DNA of 64,000 nucleotides from a virus (lineage: Duplodnaviria > Heunggongvirae > Uroviricota > Caudoviricetes). The notes under the pieces are model-generated. The model did not search any database. It was not told the DNA's origin and saw only the letters and a list, made by a program, of their open reading frames with translations. This document shows, one piece after another, positions 29,816 through 39,015 of this stretch. The stretch's first letter is position 1; every line of letters begins with the position of its first letter. The stretch lies in the IMG/VR virus record IMGVR_UViG_3300011008_000003, one strand, 5' to 3'. The position numbers and the translations under genes were made by a program.

Positions 29816-30149
29816 AATACAATATACATCGATTGAAAATCCATTATTGAAAGATATACCGGTACATGTATATCAATCATATCCGAATAAGCTTGATGGC
29901 GAATATCAAGACTATGGCCTTGCAGATATACATTACACAAGGAAAACTACGCCGGAAGGTGTATCTTATGATTTCATCAGAATTTTTATTAGTGCAAAAT
30001 TAACCGGTGATATTCCGCTGCATCTATGGAATAACAAATCATATATTGAATATGAAGGTAAGAAATATAGAACTGAGCAAGACCTATTAAAAATGCTTAT
30101 GATTATCGACAACTTAAGAGCGTTGCGAGCAATTAACCGACTTGATTAG
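29808..30149 (+). CDS. C-terminal tag family protein
   Basis: YEGKKY...RAINRLD; GTG start. Confidence 0.7.
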   Translation: MIRIQYTSIENPLLKDIPVHVYQSYPNKLDGEYQDYGLADIHYTRKTTPEGVSYDFIRIFISAKLTGDIPLHLWNNKSYIEYEGKKYRTEQDLLKMLMIIDNLRALRAINRLD

Positions 30150-30158
30150 GGGCTTGCC

Positions 30159-30449
30159 ATGAAAAATAATAATACATTAGTCTTTACATGTGGAAATCCG
30201 CCAGAGCATAGGCCAGTAGATTTCGAAGAGATTCATCGTATCTATACATTGACCGATTGTTATCATCTCAAGTTAACAAACTGCTATATGGAATGGAATC
30301 CCATCAGTCATGCCAAATGCGAATATTTTTACATGCAGCCGAATGACTATATTATCTACAAGAAAAAACGATATACGTACGACGACATGCCAAAACTTAT
30401 AATGTTACTCGAAAACGAAAATACCATGAAGGTAATAGAGCGTTTATGA
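30159..30449 (+). CDS. C-terminal tag family protein
   Basis: YKKKRY...MKVIERL. Confidence 0.75.
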   Translation: MKNNNTLVFTCGNPPEHRPVDFEEIHRIYTLTDCYHLKLTNCYMEWNPISHAKCEYFYMQPNDYIIYKKKRYTYDDMPKLIMLLENENTMKVIERL

Positions 30450-30739
30450 AAAATCATGTAGTTTACGGTGCTGGCCATGGTTATACTCGGGCCGATTTCG
30501 ATGAAATCGTACTTATACGGTATGATGAAACAATAAGACCAGAATATTCTGTTCAATTTAAAAATATTAAATTTGAATGCGATGAAAATACTTATGCGTT
30601 TTGGACTGCCTATTTATGCAATATTACTGACTGCATAACCTATAAAGGCAAATTTTACAGTTTCTTCGAAATGCCAAATCTCAGTATGCTCATCGAACAG
30701 GAAAAAACCAAAATAGCCATCGACAACCTGGAGGGATAA
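30446..30739 (+). CDS. C-terminal tag family protein
   Basis: YKGKFY...IAIDNLEG. Confidence 0.75.
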   Translation: MKNHVVYGAGHGYTRADFDEIVLIRYDETIRPEYSVQFKNIKFECDENTYAFWTAYLCNITDCITYKGKFYSFFEMPNLSMLIEQEKTKIAIDNLEG

Positions 30740-31125
30740 TGACAGATAGAGAACACGAACATTGGAAGGATATTCAAAGCAGTAGTCATAAGGAAAAATT
30801 GGAATATCTATTAAGCCTGACCAAACCCGGCAAGAACTATTTTATTACCCCTCATTATCATACGTCTCCCATTAAAGAATTTATAGATATTACCGAACTT
30901 GATTTAGAAAGACATGCCGTACAGTTTAAGTATATCCACGAAGTTTTCAACGATAAATGGGACGGGCTTAGGTATACTACCGATTACGAGTTTATTATCT
31001 GGAACGGGAAAATGTACAGGGGATTTATCGTAACCAACGTATGTATAGACGACCCAGAAGAATTCAAACGGCTTGCATTCGATTTTCACAAATACCAGAT
31101 AGAAAAGTCTTTGGCGGTTCTATAA
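30739..31125 (+). CDS. C-terminal tag family protein
   Basis: WNGKMY...EKSLAVL. Confidence 0.75.
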   Translation: MTDREHEHWKDIQSSSHKEKLEYLLSLTKPGKNYFITPHYHTSPIKEFIDITELDLERHAVQFKYIHEVFNDKWDGLRYTTDYEFIIWNGKMYRGFIVTNVCIDDPEEFKRLAFDFHKYQIEKSLAVL

Positions 31126-31370
31126 AGAATTACCGCCAAAATATGCCGTTTTCTAGCCGTTTATATCCCAGAATCTATTAAGTTCATACACCGTTAGTAG
31201 ATTGTCAATCTATTAAGAATTTTCAGAAATCTATTAACAATCTGTAAACATTTCTACCACTTCCGTATTTTCCATATATACATATTACCCGAATGTAAGC
31301 CCATACAGGCGAAGATTAATTCGGCCGTTTCCATAGGGGCCCGGGAATCCATTAAGCTCGCCATATATAG

Positions 31371-31491
31371 GCCCGCCGAAATCTATTAAGCATATACGTG
31401 CCCGCCAATAAAAGTTTTTAGAATTCTGCCCGCCGAAATCTATTAAGCATATACGTGCCCGCCAATAAAAGTTTTTAGAATTCTGCCCGCC
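31371..31491 (+). repeat. 57 bp perfect tandem repeat (2 copies plus partial)
   Basis: Unit starts at 31371, 31428 and 31485. Confidence 0.95.
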
Positions 31492-31621
31492 CGGAAAACT
31501 TGATCTTAGTTCGCAAAATTTTTTTCACGTAAAAAATTTTTTACGAAAAATTTTTTTAACAAAAAATCCGGTTTTTTGGAAAAACCGGGTTTTGACATAT
31601 TTGCTGCGATTTTGCTGTATT

Positions 31622-32491
31622 TTAAGCGGGCATGGCTGAGGTTTCTTCGGGATTCAACTTCGGCAATCCGACTATTTCCCTATACAGGTTGGATTTTCTG
31701 GCGGCCGCGTTGAGCCTTCTGATGGCCTGTGTCTTATACTGTCGGATTCGTTCGCCGGACCGGCCGTACATTTCGCCGATTTCCTTATATGAGTAAACTC
31801 TGTCGCCTATTCCGTACGCCTTCGAGAGGATTTCCTTGTCTCGGCCTTCTACGAGTTCTATGAACGTATTGACGTGGGATTTATATTCTTCCTGTTCCTT
31901 GGTTTTCTGTAGGTCCTGTCCCGGGATGATGTCGGCGAGCGTCAAATCCTGTCCGTCCTGGAAATCCGACCTGACCGGCATGTCCATGGAGTGCATATTG
32001 AGTGCCGTCATGGCGGCGCTGATATTTTCGAATTCTTTTCTGCTGGTACAGAGTTCTTCGATTGACGTGCCGGTTTCCTTGGACTGTTTTAGGAGTCTTT
32101 TGAGCCGGAGTCTTTCGTTCTGGGGAACATGGATAAGGTCATCGTGGTTGAAGATATATGAGTTGATTGACTGTCGGATCCACCATACGGCATAGGAAAT
32201 GAACTTGTTGCCTGTATCGGGCGAGAAGGAATCGATAGCCCTCATGAGGCCTGTGACTCCGATATTGATAAGTTCGCCCCTTGTGGAGTTATTGGCTGAG
32301 TACTTGTTGGCGACCGATATGACGAATGGAATATGGTTGTCGGCTATCCTTTTCTTGGCTTCTTTCTTTATGGTCATTGAAATTTTCGGATTCTTGATGA
32401 TTTTAAAGTATGCCAATTCGGTTTCTTCTGGCATACGTTTCCTATTGGCCAAGTCCGCCAAAAAGTTCTTATAGCTGCGCTCCATATACAA
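31622..32491 (-). CDS. sigma70-family (RpoD/RpoS-like) RNA polymerase sigma factor
   Basis: FVISVANKY, G..GLMRAIDSF, KFISYAVWWIRQ, region 4 EIGE...ERIRQ. Confidence 0.92.
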   Translation of the reverse strand: MYMERSYKNFLADLANRKRMPEETELAYFKIIKNPKISMTIKKEAKKRIADNHIPFVISVANKYSANNSTRGELINIGVTGLMRAIDSFSPDTGNKFISYAVWWIRQSINSYIFNHDDLIHVPQNERLRLKRLLKQSKETGTSIEELCTSRKEFENISAAMTALNMHSMDMPVRSDFQDGQDLTLADIIPGQDLQKTKEQEEYKSHVNTFIELVEGRDKEILSKAYGIGDRVYSYKEIGEMYGRSGERIRQYKTQAIRRLNAAARKSNLYREIVGLPKLNPEETSAMPA

Positions 32492-32594
32492 TTTCCTTAT
32501 ATCATATGCCCGTGGATATATGTCGGGCTGTTCCTAATAGATCAATATAGCAATACCGACATGTTTTGTAAACCCCGTATTGCCATGTAATACA

Positions 32595-32624
32595 AAAAAC
32601 CCGCCGGATTCGAATCGGCGGGCC
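32595..32624 (-). terminator. intrinsic terminator after td
   Basis: CCCGCCG/CGGCGGG stem with T-run on minus strand. Confidence 0.75.
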
Positions 32625-32645
32625 TTTTGAAATATATTCGGTATG

Positions 32646-33491
32646 TTAGACTGCAACGGGCATCTTTATGGCCGGGTGGCACTTGTAATCGATTAATTCG
32701 AAATCGGTATAATGCCAGTCTTCTATAGTCCAGCCAGGTTTTGTATTAAGGATTTTGACTGACGGGAGAGGATAAGGTTCCCTGGTCAGCTGTTCCTTTA
32801 CGCCGTCGATCTGGTTGACATAGATGTGGGAATCGGCGAAGAATCCGATAAGCTTGCCCGGTTTCAACCCGGTTTCGGTACAGATCAGGGTCAGCAGCAT
32901 GGCGTACGATGCTATGTCGTAAGGCACGCCGATAGGGAAATCGGAGCTTCTCTGGTTCCACAATAAATCTACGTATCCTTCATTTGACAGGAGCTGGAAG
33001 CAGTAATGGCACGGCGGGAGAGCCATTTCATTAAGCTGTTGCGGGTTCCAGGCAGACACGATCATGCGGCGATCCGTAGGATTCGTCTTCAACGTATTGA
33101 TGGCGTTCCTGAGCTGGTTGATGCCGGAATCGTTGAAATTGGTCCACTGATAGCCATAAATCTTGCCGAGATCGTCTTCTTCGGCCATCTTTTTCTGGGT
33201 TTCCGGGTCTGTAGAATAGGGAATCTTACTTGGATTACACCAGGAATCCCATATATGGCAGTTACGATCCTGGAGAAATTTCTTGGAATTCCCGCCGTGA
33301 ATAAACATTTCGAGTTCCGCGCAGATGTTCTTGAGGCCCATTTTCTTGGTAGTCATGAGCGGGAACTTGCCGGTTGACATGTCGAATTCCAGCATGGTAC
33401 CCGAAATCGATAAAGTATCTACGCCGGTACGGTTGTGTTTGGTCCTGCCTTCGTAGAGAATTCTCTTAAGTACGTCGATATACTGTTTCAT
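32646..33491 (-). CDS. td: thymidylate synthase
   Basis: RTG, FPL.TTK, YG.QW, RR, ALPPCH, QRSSD, HIY. Confidence 0.97.
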   Translation of the reverse strand: MKQYIDVLKRILYEGRTKHNRTGVDTLSISGTMLEFDMSTGKFPLMTTKKMGLKNICAELEMFIHGGNSKKFLQDRNCHIWDSWCNPSKIPYSTDPETQKKMAEEDDLGKIYGYQWTNFNDSGINQLRNAINTLKTNPTDRRMIVSAWNPQQLNEMALPPCHYCFQLLSNEGYVDLLWNQRSSDFPIGVPYDIASYAMLLTLICTETGLKPGKLIGFFADSHIYVNQIDGVKEQLTREPYPLPSVKILNTKPGWTIEDWHYTDFELIDYKCHPAIKMPVAV

Positions 33492-34007
33492 TTATTTCTC
33501 CATTGCCTTGATTAGGCTATCAATAAACCTTTGTCTTACGATGTTCTGGCCGGCATAGTGGTTGCCTTCGTTGACCTGAATCATCATCTTGTTAAGTTTG
33601 GATTCCTCGAACTTCTTTATAAAGTCTTCCTGTTCTTCCTGTCTACGGCTGAAGTCATGAGACTTGCCGTCGTCCTGCATGATATTGAAATCCGTAGTAT
33701 AGAGAAGTATAAAGTATGTATTCTTTAAGTTATCCCTGTACTCGTCTTCCATAATCCTTACATAGTTCGGGCTGTAGTCCCTATATCTCGGGGCGTAGAC
33801 CAGTTCGTCCCAGTGGCCTCTGTTGAACACGACATGATCCTGGTACGCCAGTGTCATGAAGTAATCCAGGTACTGTGACTTGGACCAGGTTAACGGATCC
33901 GAATCCTTCGGCGGCTTGTCCAGGTGGATTTCCTTATAGCCTTTCAGAATCCGTCTAATAAAAGTATTCTTACCAATTCTATCTATTCCAGTAATCACGA
34001 AATTCAT
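33492..34007 (-). CDS. dNMP/thymidylate kinase-like protein
   Basis: GIDRIGKNT, FNRGHWDELVY. Confidence 0.75.
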   Translation of the reverse strand: MNFVITGIDRIGKNTFIRRILKGYKEIHLDKPPKDSDPLTWSKSQYLDYFMTLAYQDHVVFNRGHWDELVYAPRYRDYSPNYVRIMEDEYRDNLKNTYFILLYTTDFNIMQDDGKSHDFSRRQEEQEDFIKKFEESKLNKMMIQVNEGNHYAGQNIVRQRFIDSLIKAMEK

Positions 34008-35038
34008 TAAGCTTGTTCCTTGTAAGTAGTGTATAAATCCATAAAGCCTTCGTATATCTTGGCCTTGTCTACCGTGGTATTGTACTGTTCTAGGTAGTTA
34101 TTGAACAATGTCACGATGTTAAGGTCACCGGTATCTATGTCGTCGTCTTCCGATTCGGCTGTCAGGTAGTTGATGTTTACCGGGTATGCGGGTTTCAACT
34201 TCTCGAGTTTCTGAACATAGAGTTCGACTTTCTTGGTCTGGTCGAAGTATTCAGGCGGAATGTCGAGGTCGACCACGTTATTGGCGATCATGTTCATGTC
34301 GGCATTCGGATAGGTATGCTTGGTGAACTTGATAGATACTCTGTTCTCTACGAATTCGATTTCGCCTGACCTTATGTCCAGAATATGATAGCCTCTTTGG
34401 CCGTCCCTGTCGATTCGGGTAAGCTGGTAAGGCGCGCCGAGATAAGAAATCGATTTACCCTGTTCATATTTCCTGGTTACCTTGGTATGGTAATGACCAG
34501 TATATACCGTATTGACATGATCCAGAACATACGCTGCGGTCAGGCCGACATCGCTTGGACGCCCGCCGCCGACATCGAAAGTCATAATATCGGCATGCAT
34601 GAAGGCGTAATCGTACTTGTTATTACCGAAAATATCAGAAGTATAGTCGGTAATCCACGGCTGGAAACGTATTGTTCTACCGTCGATATATTCTGTAACG
34701 GCATCTTCATATACTGTGACATTCGGCAAAAGGGAGAGAATCTTTAAAGAATTCACACCCAGGTCAGTGTTATAGAACATGTCGTGGTTGCCGACGATGA
34801 TACGGATATTGAAATCCTTTAAGACATTCTTGAAGAGATCGATGACTCGGTTGATTGTCGGTAAAGTTATCGCTTTTCTCTGGTCGAATACGTCTCCCAA
34901 AATCCAAATATCATTAATATTTCGTTTTTTTAAATCCACTACAAGTTGTTCAGTGAAAAACTTATACTGAGAATTAAAAAAAGTTTCATCATCGCGTTTT
35001 ATACCGATATGCAAATCAGCTAGCATTGCAATTTTCAT
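34007..35038 (-). CDS. gp47: Mre11-like recombination nuclease
   Basis: DLHIG, GDVFD, GNHD, GHYH. Confidence 0.93.
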   Translation of the reverse strand: MKIAMLADLHIGIKRDDETFFNSQYKFFTEQLVVDLKKRNINDIWILGDVFDQRKAITLPTINRVIDLFKNVLKDFNIRIIVGNHDMFYNTDLGVNSLKILSLLPNVTVYEDAVTEYIDGRTIRFQPWITDYTSDIFGNNKYDYAFMHADIMTFDVGGGRPSDVGLTAAYVLDHVNTVYTGHYHTKVTRKYEQGKSISYLGAPYQLTRIDRDGQRGYHILDIRSGEIEFVENRVSIKFTKHTYPNADMNMIANNVVDLDIPPEYFDQTKKVELYVQKLEKLKPAYPVNINYLTAESEDDDIDTGDLNIVTLFNNYLEQYNTTVDKAKIYEGFMDLYTTYKEQA

Positions 35039-35984
35039 AAATAATACCCAAAATATATTTTTTAACCTGTTCTTTAGTATTTAACCAATCATATTCTTTA
35101 ATATGTATTAATTTTACATTTAACTGTTGACATTTTTCATCTTTTTCTTTATCGCGTTTCCATATATCGGTTGCCAACAAATTACCTCTTATAATATCAT
35201 CTTCCTTATAAAATCTAGGGTCAGCATGCCAATATGTTCCGTCAAATTCAAATCCTAAGTTTAAATCTGGTAAATATATATCTATTTCTTTTCTTTTTAA
35301 AATTGATGTCGTATTTTCTAATATTATACCATGATAGTTTTCTTTAATAAAATTAAATAATTCTTTCTCCAAATAACTATAACCAGTATAATGCATATCT
35401 TTCATACATTTAGGGCAAAATACTTTATTATATCGTTTAATAATCCTATTAAATTGCGCAGTAGATATTTTGAAATTTGTATTGCATTCATTACAATATA
35501 AAAAATACCAATATTTTGTTTTACTTATACAAACAATATTATTTTGATTTAATATTGTATTATATTTTTTAATTGTATTATTTTTTCTAGTAGTAATATA
35601 TTTTTCTTGTATTATAGCAGATTGTGCAGAACTATCTGCATTATATCTTTTTCTAAATGTTTGTCGTGCCTTATCTTTTATTAATTTAGACTGCCTTGGA
35701 TTTTTAACTCCATATTTTTTAAAACATGTAGCTTCTGCTTCTTGTTTAAAACTTGGTGATAAAAATTTACATGTACCAGAACACCATTTTTTATATCCTT
35801 TTATAAGACTTACAAATTTTGTAGGCTTATCACAATATAAACATTTACCGTCCTTTTCATTTTTTAAATATAAATCATAATATTCTTTTATTGTTATATT
35901 TTTATGACATAAACGTATATGATTACTTAATGAACGTAAATTATTACATTCTTTATTACATATTTTACATATAATTTTATACAT
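35016..35984 (-). mobile_element. free-standing homing endonuclease (Zn fingers plus PD-(D/E)XK)
   Basis: CxxC..H..H, KYGVKNP, EIDIYLP...FEFDGTYWH; very AT-rich compared with flanks. Confidence 0.8.
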
Positions 35985-35993
35985 AAAAATTTA

Positions 35994-36248
35994 TTAAGTG
36001 TTTTTAGCCTTGGCTACTGCGTCCTTGAATTCTTCGTAGACGACGATCTTGCCGTCTATCATAGGACAAATATAGAATTTTACCGGGTCGCCGTTGTGAA
36101 TTTTGTATTTAAACTGAATTTTCGTATTCGGCAGGTAGAATTCCTTAATCTCCGATTCGAAGAGATCGACTTCCTTGCACTTGAAGCCGGCGCGTTCGCA
36201 ATACAGGATTGCGTCATTGAATGTAATCTGAATCCATTTATTATCCAT
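35994..36248 (-). CDS. hypothetical protein
   Basis: Operon ORF. Confidence 0.7.
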   Translation of the reverse strand: MDNKWIQITFNDAILYCERAGFKCKEVDLFESEIKEFYLPNTKIQFKYKIHNGDPVKFYICPMIDGKIVVYEEFKDAVAKAKNT

Positions 36249-38004
36249 AAATTACCTTTAAGTTACTGTATCCGTGTTCTTTCTTGATTTCTATCTTGGA
36301 CGCCACTTCTACGTTCATTTCATTAAGCTTATGCGAAATGATATAGAAACCCAATTTCTTTTTCTTGTTCTTGGCAATCATATTCTTTAAAGTAGAAATG
36401 AAGCCCGTGATACCGGCCGCGTCGATGTTCTGGTCGAGAAGCTCGTCGATCATGCACATGTTGCAAGACCAGTTACTGATGATTCGGCTGATGTCGAAGA
36501 AGCTGAGAAGGATAGCCATGTCGATTCTGGTACGCTCGCCTGCAGAGAAACCCTCGTATGATCTCGGCAGGAGTTCGACAGTAAAGGATTCTTCCATCTG
36601 TTCGTTGAACGTCAGTTCGGTATTCTTAAGCTCGAAATCCTTTAAGTATGCGTTGACAGTCTTATTAAGGATTCCGGTAAGCTTACGGAAGAAGTACGTC
36701 TTGATGCCGTCGTCACCGAGGATGTTTACCAGTTCGGTATCGACCTTGATTTCTTCTTCCAGGCCGTCAATGTCGTGCTTTAACGCATCCGAAGCTGCTT
36801 CGAGCTCGGTAATCCTGTTTTCAGCATCAGACGTGTCGGCTGGACAGGTCTTATTGTTTTCCGCGTCCAGATTATCAAGTTCCTTGTCGAGTTCCGACTG
36901 TGCAGAGTTCTTAGCAACTTCCTCGCCTCGTATCTTTGTCTTAATCGTCTGAATGAATTCCTGCGCTTTGCGGTATTCATCGATCGCAGCGCGGTACGTA
37001 TTGAACTTTTCCTGGAGAGCCGGGATAATCTTCTTTTCGTTTTCATCATATTCTTCCTTCATCTGGTCAAGATGCTTCTTTGCATGTCCTTCATCCAAAG
37101 GCGAGCCGCATACCGGACAGGTCGGCTTCTTCGAAAGCTTTTCCAGCGTACTCGAAATCCGTTCCATAGTGGAATAGGCCATACCGATTTGTCTGTCAAT
37201 ACTAGACACCTCGTTGGCATCAGGACACTCTGGAAGCTTTTCAGTCAGCTCGACGATCTTCTTGTTCGCCATCTCGATATTGCTGTCGGCCTTCTTGATT
37301 CTGTCTTGGCAAGCCTTGATAGAATTGTTAATACGCTGTAAGTTCGCCGTTTTTATCTCGTTGAAACTGTTAATATATTCATTAAGCTTTTTCACATGGG
37401 ACTGGTTGTCTACAATCTGTCTCGTGATTCCATTAAGCTCTGTGGTCTTCAACGCCTGTTCGGAAGCCTTTAACGATTTTCTCTTCTTGACATCCTTGCA
37501 CATAAGGCCGAGGACGTCGATATTAAAGATATTTTCGATTAAGGTTCTTTTCTCGCCGATAGACAGGCTGAGGAACGGCTTGTTGTTGGTAACGCCCATG
37601 GCGACGATATTCTTGAAGAGACGGAAGTTAATCCCGAGCAGCTTGTCGATTTCGTCCTGATTAAGCTTCTTGGAAGAAAGTAGATCCAGTTCCTGTCCGT
37701 TCTTGAGGAATTCGAACTTGGCCGGCTTTAATCCCCTGGTAATTGTATAAAGGTCTTTTCCGATTTTGAAGTCAACCGTGACCTCTAGTCCCTTCCCGTT
37801 CTGTACGTTGACGAGCTCGCCCATCTTGATGTCTCGGTACGGTTTGCCGAAGAGGGCGAATGTCAGAGCGTCCAGGATGGTAGACTTTCCGGCTCCGTTG
37901 ACGGCCATGATTGTATTAAATCCCGGTTGGAATTCAATCTCCGCGCCGGCAGCGCCATAGGACATGATATTAGAAAAACTAAGTTTCTTAAATTCTACAA
38001 ACAT
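36241..38004 (-). CDS. gp46: Rad50/SMC-like recombination ATPase
   Basis: NGAGKS, CPVC hook, FSAGE, IDELLD, ISH. Confidence 0.95.
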   Translation of the reverse strand: MFVEFKKLSFSNIMSYGAAGAEIEFQPGFNTIMAVNGAGKSTILDALTFALFGKPYRDIKMGELVNVQNGKGLEVTVDFKIGKDLYTITRGLKPAKFEFLKNGQELDLLSSKKLNQDEIDKLLGINFRLFKNIVAMGVTNNKPFLSLSIGEKRTLIENIFNIDVLGLMCKDVKKRKSLKASEQALKTTELNGITRQIVDNQSHVKKLNEYINSFNEIKTANLQRINNSIKACQDRIKKADSNIEMANKKIVELTEKLPECPDANEVSSIDRQIGMAYSTMERISSTLEKLSKKPTCPVCGSPLDEGHAKKHLDQMKEEYDENEKKIIPALQEKFNTYRAAIDEYRKAQEFIQTIKTKIRGEEVAKNSAQSELDKELDNLDAENNKTCPADTSDAENRITELEAASDALKHDIDGLEEEIKVDTELVNILGDDGIKTYFFRKLTGILNKTVNAYLKDFELKNTELTFNEQMEESFTVELLPRSYEGFSAGERTRIDMAILLSFFDISRIISNWSCNMCMIDELLDQNIDAAGITGFISTLKNMIAKNKKKKLGFYIISHKLNEMNVEVASKIEIKKEHGYSNLKVIYG

Positions 38005-38127
38005 ACTGGATTAAATATAGAAATATTAATTAAGTTTACGAATGTTTGCGTTTTTATCTGGAAATTAGAAAATATACAGAATATTTTTATTAAATGAAAT
38101 CGATTAAGAAAATTTTCTATATTCGAG

Positions 38128-38780
38128 ATGTAAAAAGATCTTAACGTAATAAGTTCGCAGCATGATGATCGTTATATATAATATAAATGGTCTGGAAACG
38201 AAAGGATATTACGTTAAGTTTAAGGTAGCATCGGCTACCTGAGTCCTGTTCGCAACCGAACGTTTTTTATTACATAGCCAACCAGGTTTTGACAACCACA
38301 GGCAAGAAATCCAGAATCCGAGCGGTCTTCCTAAAGTCCATGCAACATTGGGCGAGGCACCTAAAGAGTCTGGTCGGGTCGGCCCGAGTCAGCAAGCCGC
38401 ATTCGAAAACCCGAAGCCTGACATTGAAGTATTGCCTAGCGAACAATACATATAGCCGCCATTGGCGACATAGGATGTAGCCGGAGTACAGGATGACCAA
38501 CCCGTAAGCCTATGTGTAAGTCCCGAAGATCGACGACATACGGAATACTCAGTGAAGTATGAATCGGTCGTGAGTCTCAGAAGAGATTTTCAGATTCCTT
38601 CTAAGGCTCATGATCTCAGAGCAGCCGAGCCTCGTGAAGAAGTGAATCAAATTCGACTTTACAAAGTATAAAGATTACGGCACTCCAAGTCGATCAAAAT
38701 CTACTAAGTCGATCGAATCGATCAAAGAATAAAATTTATAATATTATTAATGGGAGGAGTCTGCTCCCAGAAACCATTAA
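38128..38780 (+). ncRNA. candidate large structured ncRNA
   Basis: No credible ORF, TATATT at 38118, many nested stems. Confidence 0.5.
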
Positions 38781-38841
38781 GAAAAATCCAGAAAAAATTC
38801 ATTAAATAAACCGTCCGCGCGGTTTTTTTCTATATTATAAC

Positions 38842-38928
38842 ATGTGTTAAGGCTTCGTAATCCTTGGCATATTTCTCATAATAACCAATTAATACGGTCT
38901 CCTATATATCCGGGAGGCCGTATTTTTT
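38842..38928 (+). ncRNA. candidate small RNA (hairpin plus terminator)
   Basis: TATATT at 38831, ATGTGTTAAGG/CCTTGGCATAT stem, ATACGGTCTCC/GGAGGCCGTAT-T6. Confidence 0.45.
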
Positions 38929-38958
38929 ATTAAGGATTTCCAAATAATTCCATTAAGG

Positions 38959-38987
38959 TTTACATTTTTATTAAAAATTGCTATATT
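38959..38987 (+). promoter_or_regulatory. groEL promoter
   Basis: TTTACA-17-TATATT with extended TG. Confidence 0.75.
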
Positions 38988-39015
38988 TTAACCAGTCTTA
39001 TAAAAAGGATTAAAT

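Noticed and set aside
31371-31491. Possible mini CRISPR array
   Set aside because: The repeats are directly tandem with no unique spacers, and no cas genes are present.
38128-38780. tmRNA, RNase P or group I intron; ORFs 38270-38500 and 38289-38480
   Set aside because: Hallmark termini and core motifs were not found and no gene is interrupted. The ORFs lack an RBS and have atypical composition.
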